This document shows positions 41,284 to 50,722 of a DNA stretch of 64,000 nucleotides, one piece after another; the stretch's first letter is position 1, and each line of letters begins with the position of its first letter. The DNA lies in contig CAZECW010000193.1 in NCBI GenBank assembly GCA_964510585.1, positions 1,248 to 65,247 of the forward strand, given 5' to 3'. A model generated the notes under the pieces. The model saw only the letters and a program-made list of their open reading frames with translations. It did not search any database and was not told the origin of the DNA. The position numbers were made by a program, and so were the translations under genes. The stretch comes from an uncultured archaeon. Its GTDB lineage: Archaea > Asgardarchaeota > Jordiarchaeia > Jordiarchaeales > Jordiarchaeaceae.

Positions 41284-42225
41284 TTACCCTTTTTCGCCGT
41301 TCAAGTCGAGAAGGTTCTCAATACCTTTACGGGCCACCAGGTCTATGTCACTCTTAACCTTAAGAAGAGTCGAAAGGAGAGAGTTAACAGTATCCGGATC
41401 CAACTCACTTTTACCGATAGCTATGAGAGATCTGGCGAAGTCAATGGACTCCGCAATGGAGGGAACCTTTTGCAGCCTCATGCTTCGCAGATTCTCCACA
41501 AAACTCAATATATTATCCACAAATTCATCATACAGCTGGGGACAGTTGAGAAGTATAATCCTTTTTTCCAAATCCCTTGGGGGATAGTCCAAGTAGAGGT
41601 GTAAGCACCGCCTTTTCAAAGGCTCAGACAATTCCCTCGAACTATTAGAAGTCAGCACAGTAATAAGTTTCTGGTTCGGAGGAGCCCTCACGGTTCCCAA
41701 TTCCGGAATCGTGATTTGCCGCTCGCCAAGGAGTTCAAGAAGGAAGGCTTCGAATTGCTCGTCGGCCTTATCAATCTCATCTATGAGAAGCACCGCTTCA
41801 GGAGACTTTAAAGCGGTTAACAAGGGGCGTTCCAAGAGGTACTCCTCAGAAAAAATTGATTTTTCACCCCCATCATTACCTTTAAGATGGTTCATCTGAA
41901 TCCTGAGAAGCTGCTTATGATAGTTCCACTCATAAATTGATTGTTCAGGAAGAATCCCCTCATAGCACTGAAGCCTAATCAGCGGAAAGCCAAACAGCTT
42001 CGCGGTGCAAACACCCAGATAGGTTTTACCGCAACCCGCAGGACCCTCCACCAGAATCGGCTTATCAAGCTGGAAAGCCAGAAAAAGAGTGGTAACTACC
42101 TTCCGATTAGGCAAATAACCGACACTCACAAGTCCATCTTCAATATCCTTAGGCTTAAGCCTCACTGGATTTTCCAAAAGTTCTCTCGGAAGCAAACCCG
42201 CCATAAATCCCACCAACAGAACCAA
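41284..42225 (-). CDS. MoxR/CoxD-family AAA+ ATPase
   Basis: Walker A GPAGCGKT; Walker B LLIDEIDKA; …LLELLGERQITIPELG… MoxR signature. Confidence 0.85.
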   Translation of the reverse strand: MVLLVGFMAGLLPRELLENPVRLKPKDIEDGLVSVGYLPNRKVVTTLFLAFQLDKPILVEGPAGCGKTYLGVCTAKLFGFPLIRLQCYEGILPEQSIYEWNYHKQLLRIQMNHLKGNDGGEKSIFSEEYLLERPLLTALKSPEAVLLIDEIDKADEQFEAFLLELLGERQITIPELGTVRAPPNQKLITVLTSNSSRELSEPLKRRCLHLYLDYPPRDLEKRIILLNCPQLYDEFVDNILSFVENLRSMRLQKVPSIAESIDFARSLIAIGKSELDPDTVNSLLSTLLKVKSDIDLVARKGIENLLDLNGEKG

Positions 42226-42692
42226 ATATAAGACTAAACGGAACAGTATTTTTAAACAAGCTATAAATCTATCTACAACATTAAAAAACTACAAGAAACA
42301 CAGGAAAACATTGAGTCAGAAACACAACACCAAACACAGCAAATAAAAAATCTTTGCAAACACAATTAAGAAACACAAGCAAATTTATAGCCACACTTGC
42401 TCCAGCTTTCATGGAAGGCACTTTCTCTTCCATATTCGAGAGGGCCAATTACACCTGCGACGTTTTTCACCCATAGACACAGATCTGTCCCCTTTTTTGA
42501 GGGCTGAAAAATCAGATATCTGGTTATCAACGCTTTACCTAAAAAAAGAAGCCGCACTCTGCTCATTGGGAAGGTCTCTGGGTGGTTCCAGACGTACACC
42601 TTTCTTGTGTTTGTGTTTGTTTGGCTTCACTGAGGACTCGTTTAAAAGGATTTTAGAAAAAGGGGGAAGGGAAGACTTAATTCTTGTGGTTC

Positions 42693-43291
42693 TTATTTTT
42701 TCAGGAGTTCTTTCCTCCTTTCTTCTAGTTTCAGGAGTTCTTTCCTCCTTTCTTCTAGAAGTTGAAGGATTTTGTCTCTGTCTTTGGGAAATGTTTTGTA
42801 AGGTATGAACCATATTAGAAAGCAGATTGTCCATGGAATTACTGTTGTCCAAAGCATAGCTGTTGTCAGTGATTGTCCAGAAAGCGTGAATAATACAAGC
42901 AGGAAAGGTAGCGGGAGGATACCAAGCCAGTAACCCATGTAAGGCGTTATGGTCTGCATTGTTAAGCCGGCTATTCCCCCGTTGAGAGTATCTGCAAGCC
43001 ATCCTACAAACACAGCTGCGACAGCTGCAAATCCCCCCTCAAACATTTGTTCTATGGAGAAGGCGGTGCTTCTTATTTCTGGTTTGGTTACCATAGCAAC
43101 CAAGGGTTGAACTGCGGCAGGGCCAGACCAACTACTCAGAATCGCTGCGATGAAGGCCAAAATTGTGTATTCTGTTATTGACAGGGGCAAAACTAGAATC
43201 AAGAATATTAAAGGAATACCGGAGAAAACAGAAATCTGAGTTACAAAACCTTGGTGAGAAAGCCCCCGACTTCAAGTCGTGGGGATGAATC
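42693..43291 (-). pseudogene. C-terminal (last ~4-5 TM) fragment of an MFS transporter gene, 5'-truncated at the boundary of the GC-rich segment
   Basis: Open frame reads …SRGLSHQGFVTQISVFSGIPLIFLILVLPLS…GWLADTLNGG (motif-A-like loop 8-9)…TPYMGYWLGILPLP… It has no N-terminal half and no ATG. The frame opens exactly where the base composition changes (~43265-43291). It carries a 30-bp tandem duplication at its 3' end. Confidence 0.5.
42703..42765. repeat. Perfect 30-bp tandem direct repeat (2 copies)
   Basis: The + strand reads tttcaggagttctttcctcctttcttctag x2. On the minus strand it encodes the duplicated peptide LEERRKELLK at the C-terminus of the MFS fragment. Confidence 0.9.
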
Positions 43292-44990
43292 GCCAGAAAG
43301 TTTATTTGAAAGTAGGGTATATAAATAGTTGTTGGTAGCTGAAGGGTTTGGCTTGGGCTTAAGAGGCTAAACAAGATGCAGCCCCCATGAGGGTGCCAAC
43401 ATAGACGCCGTTCCCCTGAGGGAAGGGCGTGTTAACTGGGTGATGGCACACCCATTGCTTCGAAGGCTCCCGATGAGCCAGAAGCAAGAATCTCCCGACT
43501 TTAGTCACGGAGAGTGTCAATTTTTGCATCGCCTGAAATAGTTATATGTCGGAGGCCTGTACCCTACCACTACGCTTTCAGGCTACTCAATGTACAGAGT
43601 TTTACCCTCTACAGCTTTGGGAACACTCCCTATGCTCTTGATTTCGGCGCCCATTCCACTAGTGGACGAAATCTGCACCAACGTCAAAAGCGTAGTTCTT
43701 CGAGCGGCGATTAGTGAAGAGCAGAAGGGTACAGCACAAACAGCCACTTGCCGGAGAGGAAGAGACCTCGGTCAGCGACGAGGACCGAGGCTCATTGTGG
43801 AACCGCGTGATCAGGGAAACAAGAAGTCAGCACCTCAGAGGGCACTATCTCCTCGCCGACAAAATCGCCACAATCCTGGGACTCCATAGAGGCCTTTAAA
43901 AAGAGGAGTAGAAACACTGCTATAAAACCCCTTGAGAAGCTTGCTGCGATGCTCATTGTGAAGGAGACGGCGAACCTGAGCTTCGAGAAGCTTCACATGG
44001 AGGCGAGAGCCACAAAGCTACGATGCCCAAAACAGACCAGGCGGAGGAAAAGGATTACAAAGGCCACGGAGTCTCCTGCCAGTACCAACAGAACTGGGCA
44101 AAGACCAAAATCCCAGAGGAGTGCCTCCAAAAGACCCTTATGCTTCTAGATCAGATGGTTGCCCAGATGTACGCGGAGCGCTCTTAGGAGATGAAAATCT
44201 TGAAGAATACAGCATGTCCTCAAAAATGGTACACCTGCATCCTCCTTAGAGAAGTCCGGGTTGCCATGAGGATTATTCTTCGACACCAAATAGTCAGATA
44301 CAATATTTTGACTAGGCTAGCAACGAACACTGTAGGGACTATAGACGCCCCACTGCTGAAGAATACGAGGGGTGCAAGAACCCTTCTGGAACAGGTACCA
44401 CCAGGCTCAACCGTCTATATGGACTGTGAGTAAGGTGTCGAGTACAAATATCTGCATTCTCACAGGGGAGAGTACTCCTCATTTTGTGTCTTAAAGCAGT
44501 ACCGGGAATGCCCTATAAGGGATACTCCGTTGCCAAGCTCAGAAGAACTTTGACTGGGAGAGATACCGCCGCTGTGAGCTTGCTTGGGAGACCCATGGGA
44601 GATAGGTGTGGCGAGGGACGGTGGCACGCTGAAGTACCGGAGGCTAGACAAGGTATGAAGTTGTCTTACTCTCAGGTACATAGCTCACAATGTTAATGTG
44701 TGGTTCACGCAACGAGCAATACTCTTCAGCAGATACAAACTTGGTAGGTGTACAGGACAGTACGTATAGGAGCCCAGAGCAGTTGTCACTGTCTGACCGC
44801 TCGGCTCAGTCGTCACGACAGCATAGCATCCGAATGGGAAGTGAATGAGGGGAAACAGAAACACTGTATGGGCTCAAGCAAAACTAATAAGCGTATAAGT
44901 ACATCAATCTTTTTACATGTTTTCACGGAAGAAAAAAAGACAAAAATATCTTCCTCTTTGGGAAAAGGTAGGCAGAAAAGCTAGATCTAC
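43265..44990. other. ~1.7 kb compositionally distinct (about 50% GC), ORF-poor segment. Candidate structured RNA or degraded foreign/mobile insertion
   Basis: Only short overlapping ORFs (<100 aa) in several frames, with low-complexity R/G/P translations. Multiple GC-rich hairpins, e.g. gagaCCTCGGTCagcgacgagGACCGAGGctc at ~43768-43799. It abuts the truncated MFS gene on one side and the nuoI 3' end on the other. Confidence 0.4.
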
Positions 44991-45092
44991 TTCCTGAGCT
45001 GGACAACAAAATACTGCAACTAACTCCAAAAAACCAAAAAGGAAACAAACAACCAACAAACAAAAAATAAATTAAAAATTAGGGAAGGAGAC

Positions 45093-45482
45093 TCACTCAG
45101 TCTCCATGTCAACGATCCATTCCATAGCCTTCCGATCCGAAGTAGCCAGCTCATACTCTGTAGTCATCGTAAGGGCATCTCTAGGGCAGCTCTCGACACA
45201 CTGTTCGCAAAACAAGCAGCGACCTAGGTCTACTCGTGGTAGTTTGCCCGCCTTATTCTTCAATTCTTCTGGATACTCTTTTGGCCAGTCTATCATTTCG
45301 ATGGCTGCGGATGGACAGTCCTTAGCGCATGTGCCACAACCGACGCATCTTTTGAGGTATAATATGTGTCTTCCTCTGAGGCGTTCGAATGGTGGTAGTT
45401 TCTCGAATGGGTAGAATATTGTGAATGGTTTTTTTGGAAGGTTTTTTAGTAGTTCGGGTTCCATTGCTCCTGGTATGGGCAT
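45093..45482 (-). CDS. nuoI: NADH-quinone oxidoreductase subunit I (2x[4Fe-4S])
   Basis: CVGCGTCAKDCP and CLFCEQCVESCP clusters. Confidence 0.85.
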   Translation of the reverse strand: MPIPGAMEPELLKNLPKKPFTIFYPFEKLPPFERLRGRHILYLKRCVGCGTCAKDCPSAAIEMIDWPKEYPEELKNKAGKLPRVDLGRCLFCEQCVESCPRDALTMTTEYELATSDRKAMEWIVDMETE

Positions 45483-45495
45483 TTTTTCACGCTCC

Positions 45496-46755
45496 TTATA
45501 TGAGTAGTGTTATCCATATTAGTAGGTTGTAGGTTGCTTGCCACTTGAATAGGTCGAAGTAGAATACAAGTTGAAGTATGAGTATGTTTAGGAATGCTAG
45601 TGGAATCAGATATTTCCAAGAGCCTCGGACTACTTGGTCTATTCTGAATCTTGCGAAGAGTGTTCTTAGGTTGGCTATTAAGAATATGATTGCGAATACT
45701 TTTATTAGGAACCATATGGTGCCGATTATGTATCCCAGTGGGAAGGCTCCCATTATTCTTTCTATTGTGGTTAGTCCTATTTCGCTTCCCGGGCCCCAGG
45801 GGCCTCCTAGGAATAGGGCTGCTGCTAGTCCCGCTGCCCATAGGTATTCGAGGTCGTTGGCTAGTCGGAATAGGGCTAGTTTTCTGCCTGATATTTCGGT
45901 TTGCCACCCCGCTACTATTTCTGTGTGTGCTTCTGGAATGTCGAAGGGTACTTTTTCAAGTTCTGCCATTTGGGAGATTATGAGTACTGCGAATGATATT
46001 GGTGCTACCAGTATGAAGGGTATGCCTATGGTTTGTTGGGCTTGGGTTATGTTTGCTATAGTTAGGACTGAGAATATTGTGGGTGTAGTTATAGGGGCTA
46101 TTCCGAGGACTGTGTTTAGGAGGTTGTTGACTTGTACTGGTACTGAGTAGTAGTAGGCCACGATTATTGCTGGTGTTAGAGTTGATAGTACTAGTGGGAT
46201 TTCGTAGGCGATGAGTTGCATTCCTGCTCTGGCTGTTCCTACTTCACTGAATCTGTCGATTGAGAACCAGCCGGTTAATATGATTGCTAGGACGTAGATT
46301 GTGGAGAGGAATAGTAGTACTATGAGGTCTCCTTCAAAGCTTATGATGCCTGCGCTTCTGTAAACGGGGATGAACATGAGCATTACCAGTGATAACGTTA
46401 GGGCAAAGATTGGTGTTGCCGCAAGGCTGCGGGCTTCTGCGCCTTTGTGCACTATATCTTCTTTGGCTAGAAGTTTTATTATGTCCGCTAATGGCTGCAG
46501 AATCCCGTGGTACCCGGTGTGGAATGGTCCTACCCGGTTTTGTAATCTGGCGTATATTTTTCGGTCGTACCATTCTGCAAAGAGTGAGACGACGCTTACG
46601 AATAGTATGCCTGGGAATATGAGTATTTTGAATAGGTCCAGTGGAAGGTTTACTTGTTGCTGGAGTAAGTATTGGATCAGTGTGATGAGGTTGCTATATT
46701 GTGGGAATAGGTATAGTATTATGTACCAGAATAGGTCAACTGCCATTTTTACCAC
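45496..46755 (-). CDS. nuoH: NADH-quinone oxidoreductase subunit H, with ~50-aa N-terminal extension
   Basis: …LFAEWYDRKIYARLQNRVGPFHTGYHGILQPLADIIKLLAKEDI… NuoH/ND1 signature. 419 aa. Confidence 0.85.
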   Translation of the reverse strand: MVKMAVDLFWYIILYLFPQYSNLITLIQYLLQQQVNLPLDLFKILIFPGILFVSVVSLFAEWYDRKIYARLQNRVGPFHTGYHGILQPLADIIKLLAKEDIVHKGAEARSLAATPIFALTLSLVMLMFIPVYRSAGIISFEGDLIVLLFLSTIYVLAIILTGWFSIDRFSEVGTARAGMQLIAYEIPLVLSTLTPAIIVAYYYSVPVQVNNLLNTVLGIAPITTPTIFSVLTIANITQAQQTIGIPFILVAPISFAVLIISQMAELEKVPFDIPEAHTEIVAGWQTEISGRKLALFRLANDLEYLWAAGLAAALFLGGPWGPGSEIGLTTIERIMGAFPLGYIIGTIWFLIKVFAIIFLIANLRTLFARFRIDQVVRGSWKYLIPLAFLNILILQLVFYFDLFKWQATYNLLIWITLLI

Positions 46756-46767
46756 CCTTTACTCTTT

Positions 46768-47946
46768 TTACCTCCCGTTCTTTTTGTAGAATTCGATGCC
46801 GTATCTTCGTAGGCTTTCTAAGTCCATTGTCCACGTTTTTTCTTTTTCGGTGTTTACGAATGTGATTCTGTCGGTGCAGCTAAGGCAGGGGTCTATTGAT
46901 GCGATGGTTATTGGTACGTCTGCGATGTAGCCTCCCTTGAGCATATATTCTACTGAGGGCCAGTTTGCGAGTGTGGGTGTTCGGATTTTTACTCTTTCAG
47001 GTTTGTCGGATCCGTTGCTTTTGATGTAATGTATGAGTTCACCTCTGGGTGCTTCGTATCTGCTTAGTACTTCTCCTTCGGGTACGCGTCTTTTGAGTTT
47101 GAGTCTTATTTCGTCTTTGGGGAGATGGTCTAGTAGCCATTGTATCATGTTGCAGGATTGAACCATTTCTAGGATGCGTACTGCCACTCTTCCGAATACG
47201 TCGCAGGTGTCCCAGGTGACTACGTCGAAGGGTACTTCGTCGTAGGCTGCGTTGGGGTCGTCTTTGCGGCAGTCCATGTTGATTCCTGAGGCTCTCAGGG
47301 TTGGTCCGACGGCTCCTAGTTTGCGGGCGATGTCTGGTGGGAGCACTCCTATACCTTGGGTTCTTTTTAGGACGGTAGGTTCATTTATGCATAGTTTGAG
47401 GTAGTAGTTTAATCTTTCTCTAAAAATGTCCATTCCCTTTTTTATTTTTGGGATGTTTTCTTTGCTTATGTCTCTTCGGACTCCGCCTATGGTGTTCATT
47501 GCGTAGTTTACTCTGTTTCCGGAAATCATTTCGAGGAAGTCCATGACTAGTTCTCGGTCCCTCCAGGTGTAGTGGAGTAGGGTGTCGAATCCAATTTCGT
47601 GTCCTGCCACTCCGAGCCACAGCATGTGGGAGTGGAGTCTCTCCAACTCGCATACGATGGTTCTTATGTAGAGTCCTCTTCGGGGGACTTCTTCGTCAAG
47701 TAGTTCTTCAACTCCTTGGACAAATGTAGTTGTGTGTGAGTGGGAGCAGATTCCACATACTCTTTCTAGTAGGTATATGTCTCGGACGTATGTTCTTAGT
47801 TCGGCTGCTTTTTCTATTCCTCGATGGTTGTATCCTATTCTAACCTTTGCGTCAACAACTTGTTCTCCATCAACTTCAACTGTGAAATTTACTGGTTCTT
47901 TTAATGCGGGGTGTTGGGGTCCTATTGGTATTTTTACAGTCGACAT
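46768..47946 (-). CDS. nuoD: NADH-quinone oxidoreductase subunit D
   Basis: …RIGYNHRGIEKAAE…; [NiFe]-hydrogenase-large-subunit-like fold typical of NuoD. 392 aa. Confidence 0.9.
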   Translation of the reverse strand: MSTVKIPIGPQHPALKEPVNFTVEVDGEQVVDAKVRIGYNHRGIEKAAELRTYVRDIYLLERVCGICSHSHTTTFVQGVEELLDEEVPRRGLYIRTIVCELERLHSHMLWLGVAGHEIGFDTLLHYTWRDRELVMDFLEMISGNRVNYAMNTIGGVRRDISKENIPKIKKGMDIFRERLNYYLKLCINEPTVLKRTQGIGVLPPDIARKLGAVGPTLRASGINMDCRKDDPNAAYDEVPFDVVTWDTCDVFGRVAVRILEMVQSCNMIQWLLDHLPKDEIRLKLKRRVPEGEVLSRYEAPRGELIHYIKSNGSDKPERVKIRTPTLANWPSVEYMLKGGYIADVPITIASIDPCLSCTDRITFVNTEKEKTWTMDLESLRRYGIEFYKKNGR

Positions 47947-47948
47947 TT

Positions 47949-48455
47949 TTACTCAACTCCTTCTGGTAGCCAATCTTTTCGGAGAGGATATACCCCCTCG
48001 GGCCAATCGTCTGGCAGTATTAAACGCTTCAGGTTGGGATGGTTCTCAAAAACTATTCCAAGAAGGTCGTGCGCTTCCCTCTCATAAAAATTGGCTGACG
48101 GTAATATATCAACTATAGTTTCAATCTTAGGGTTATTCTTAGGAATCTCTGTTTTAATGTTGGGATATGTGCGGTAACCCTGATACTTATAGAGGTGATA
48201 AACGATTTCGAAGGTTTCGCCCTTGTCAACTCCAGATATGGTGGTTACATGTTGTACGTCCCAGTTATCCTTCATCCATTGGATAACTTTGCGGTGGTCT
48301 CCCGGCTTTACTTTGATAAATATTCTTTTTGCCCTGGGAATCCACACTTCAACGGCTGCTCCAAACGCCTTCTCTATTTCTGCTTTTAGTTTTTCGTCCT
48401 CCTTTGAGGATGGCTTGGGTTTGGGCTTTGCTTTCTCAGCTTCTGGTTCTGACAT
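47949..48455 (-). CDS. nuoC: NADH-quinone oxidoreductase subunit C (30 kDa)
   Basis: …ERFEIVYHLYKY…YEREAHDLLGIVFENHP… NuoC signature. Confidence 0.85.
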   Translation of the reverse strand: MSEPEAEKAKPKPKPSSKEDEKLKAEIEKAFGAAVEVWIPRAKRIFIKVKPGDHRKVIQWMKDNWDVQHVTTISGVDKGETFEIVYHLYKYQGYRTYPNIKTEIPKNNPKIETIVDILPSANFYEREAHDLLGIVFENHPNLKRLILPDDWPEGVYPLRKDWLPEGVE

Positions 48456-48459
48456 TGCA

Positions 48460-48894
48460 TTATCCTCCTTGCAATTTTCCTATGAGTTTTGCGACGGCGT
48501 CGATTATGGCTTCTGGTTTGGGTGGACATCCGGGCACGTACATGTCAACTGGAATTATCCTGTCGTATCCTCCCTCGATGTTATAACATCCTTTAAAGAC
48601 GCCTCCAGAGATGGCGCAGTTTCCAACTGCAATCACAAATTTTGGTTCTGGCATCTGTTCGTATAGGCGTTTAAATCTGGGTGTCATCTGTTTGGTTATG
48701 GAGCCTGTACCAATCATGACGTCTGCGTGTCTCGGAGAACCTACCAGTATTATGCCGAAGCGTTCAATGTCATATCTGGGCATTAGGGCGGCGATAACTT
48801 CTATGTCACAGGCGTTACATGCTCCTGTGTTCATGTGAAAAACCCAGGGAGATTTTACTCTCGCCCAAGTTACAAGCTTATCCTTAAGTCCCAA
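48460..48894 (-). CDS. nuoB: NADH-quinone oxidoreductase subunit B (N2 cluster)
   Basis: …TGACNACDIE…GSPRHADVM…AVGNCAISGG…GCPPKP motifs. Confidence 0.9.
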   Translation of the reverse strand: MGLKDKLVTWARVKSPWVFHMNTGACNACDIEVIAALMPRYDIERFGIILVGSPRHADVMIGTGSITKQMTPRFKRLYEQMPEPKFVIAVGNCAISGGVFKGCYNIEGGYDRIIPVDMYVPGCPPKPEAIIDAVAKLIGKLQGG

Positions 48895-48911
48895 ATTTAC
48901 ACCACCTTCTC

Positions 48912-49229
48912 CTATCTCCTGTATAAGACTAACACTGCGGCTATCGTTGCAAATATTACGAATATTCCACCGTAGAGTGGATTTGCAAAGGCAGAGGTGA
49001 ATATTATGAAGCCTGCTGTTTCAAGTATTGTGAAGAAAACAGCGTAGTAGAACAGTTGCAGTCTGAACTGGAATTTCTCGGCGGGATAGTTTTCTCCACA
49101 GGCGTATACCATGAGTTTTTCTTTGCTCTTCTTTCCTTTTGGCGCTAGGAACTTTGCAGAAACATATAATCCGCAGGCGCTGAGTAGGCTGATTAACAGT
49201 GCTAGTCCAAAAGTTAGTATTCCTGCCAA
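48912..49229 (-). CDS. nuoA: NADH-quinone oxidoreductase subunit A
   Basis: 3-TM protein with the Y(E/A)CGE motif (YACGENYPAEK). Confidence 0.8.
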   Translation of the reverse strand: MAGILTFGLALLISLLSACGLYVSAKFLAPKGKKSKEKLMVYACGENYPAEKFQFRLQLFYYAVFFTILETAGFIIFTSAFANPLYGGIFVIFATIAAVLVLYRR

Positions 49230-49885
49230 AGTGCTTTTGCACCTCCAACTCTGAGAATAATAGCGTTTAGATACATTCTCCTATTTAAGGTTTCACAATA
49301 ACAGAGATTTGTATCGAATTAAAAGTTTTTCCATTGACGATTTTCCTATTTTTCCTCAGATTCTATTCCCCAAACCAACAACACTGCCCAGTATTGTGGA
49401 CAAATTTGGTAACTTCCAAAAGCTACATTCACAACAACACTAGGAACACATGGCTCTCTGTTTACTCTATTTAAAATCATACTTGTATTCATATAGCCCA
49501 CATTCCGCATCCTTTGTGATTTTTTGGTATTTTTTGTTTTTACCAGTTTCTGCTCACGTTTCTTGCGTGGATTTGGAGGTTTCCAAAAATTTTTTGATAA
49601 AGTCCAGCATTCCTCCTATAAGACTTATTCTGCAAAAATAGAAAAATAAACCGAGGGTGCGGAAAGTGGGATATAAACTTAAATAGTTAAACTCACATGA
49701 AAAATTGGACTTCAGGTTTCTACGCACACCTCGGTAAATCCCCAAGAAGGGTGGAGGGCTTCTCGTAAAGTAGCTATATAAAGACTCAAGGGGGATGGTC
49801 TGGGCTTCACAGCCTCTCCCATAAATAATCTATTGTTTCGTTTGATTCTCAAGCACATTTTACACAACGGTTTCCACAGTTTGGG

Positions 49886-50005
49886 CTCGTTTTTGTAAAA
49901 TTTCTTGTCCTTTTCCGGCTCTAAACAGGCATTTTTACACCTCTAAAAAGCCGATTTGCGCCCTTGAAACTTTTTGAAATTTGTCCACAGTAGAATGAGC
50001 TGGGT
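49886..50005. repeat. Intergenic repeat element, copy A (paralogue at 53305..53440)
   Basis: Core tccttttccggCtcTaaacaggcatttttAcacctctaaaaagccgatttgcgCccttGaaac versus tccttttccggGtcCaaacaggcatttttCtgtgcttcaaaagccgatttgcgGcttAaaac. Flanks are also similar (…gtttt(g/c)(t/a)aaa(a)ttt… upstream; …tt(g/t)(t)ccaca(g/a)tag(a/g)…agc… downstream). Confidence 0.6.
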
Positions 50006-50234
50006 TAAAAATGGCAATCTGTAAGAGGGGGTTTAGGACAATTTATATCTCCTTTCTCACAATTTTAAAAGGGACAAAAAAAGGGCTCCTGCCAGGAAGT
50101 TTAACAAAAAGTTATTTATCTTCTAATGACACGAAGAAAAGTTTAGTTTCAAAAATTGAAATCATATACTGCTAACCAAAACTGTTAATAAAATGGTTAG
50201 ACTATGCTATACTATATTTAGTGAGGTGTGAAAT

Positions 50235-50681
50235 ATGGAAGTAACGTTTGATTTGGAAGGTGAGAAGGTAACTGTTAAACTTCCCGAAGACCTATATTAC
50301 CACAATGATCACTGTTGGGTCAAGGTGGAGAATGAAAAAGCCAGAATTGGATTCGACGACTTCGGACAGGCAACTGCGGGAAAAATCCTATTTGTGAGGC
50401 TCAAACCCGAGGGAAAAACCATAGAGTTTGATAAAAGTTTTGGCTCCATAGAAACAGGAAAGTGGGTGGGTCCACTTAAGGCTCCCATTAGCGGCACCAT
50501 ATTGGAGGTCAACCCCGAACTTAAAAAGAAACCCACCATCATCAATGAGGATCCTTACGGAAAAGGATGGCTACTAGTCGTTAAACCGACAGATAACCTG
50601 AAGGCGGAATTATCTAAACTCGTCACTGGAAGTGCAATAAAGGACTGGATAAATAAAGAGATAAAAGAGCGTCTAAAATAA
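50235..50681 (+). CDS. gcvH: Glycine-cleavage H-protein-like lipoyl-carrier protein
   Basis: …IGFDDFGQATAGKILFVRLKPEGKTIEFDKSFGSIETGKWVGPLKAPISGTILEVN… matches the H-protein hybrid-barrel pattern, with Lys in the ETGKW position equivalent to ESVKA. Confidence 0.7.
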   Translation: MEVTFDLEGEKVTVKLPEDLYYHNDHCWVKVENEKARIGFDDFGQATAGKILFVRLKPEGKTIEFDKSFGSIETGKWVGPLKAPISGTILEVNPELKKKPTIINEDPYGKGWLLVVKPTDNLKAELSKLVTGSAIKDWINKEIKERLK

Positions 50682-50722
50682 ATAGAAAATCTGATCTTCC
50701 TTTTTTAGTCCCCAGGGGGTGC

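Noticed and set aside
42366-42599. 77-aa minus-strand ORF
   Set aside because: It sits in the AC-rich low-complexity intergenic region, with no RBS or motifs. It is probably not coding.
42703-42765. Possible CRISPR-like repeat
   Set aside because: Only two directly abutting copies with no spacers, and they lie inside a coding frame. This is a tandem duplication, not a CRISPR array. No CRISPR array was seen anywhere in the window.
43265-44990. GC-rich segment as an rRNA gene or complete group II intron
   Set aside because: No universal 16S/23S motifs are present (e.g. GTGCCAGC-GCCGCGGTAA, the AAACTYAAAGGAATTG region). No intron-encoded protein or reverse transcriptase is present. The domain-V-like hairpin is on the strand and at the position incompatible with a full-length intron. 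It is kept only as an unexplained segment.
45446-46150. Several long alternative-frame ORFs (45578..46150 +, 45690..45983 +, 45446..45907 -)
   Set aside because: All lie within nuoH and nuoI, which have unambiguous family signatures. They are composition-driven frame shadows.
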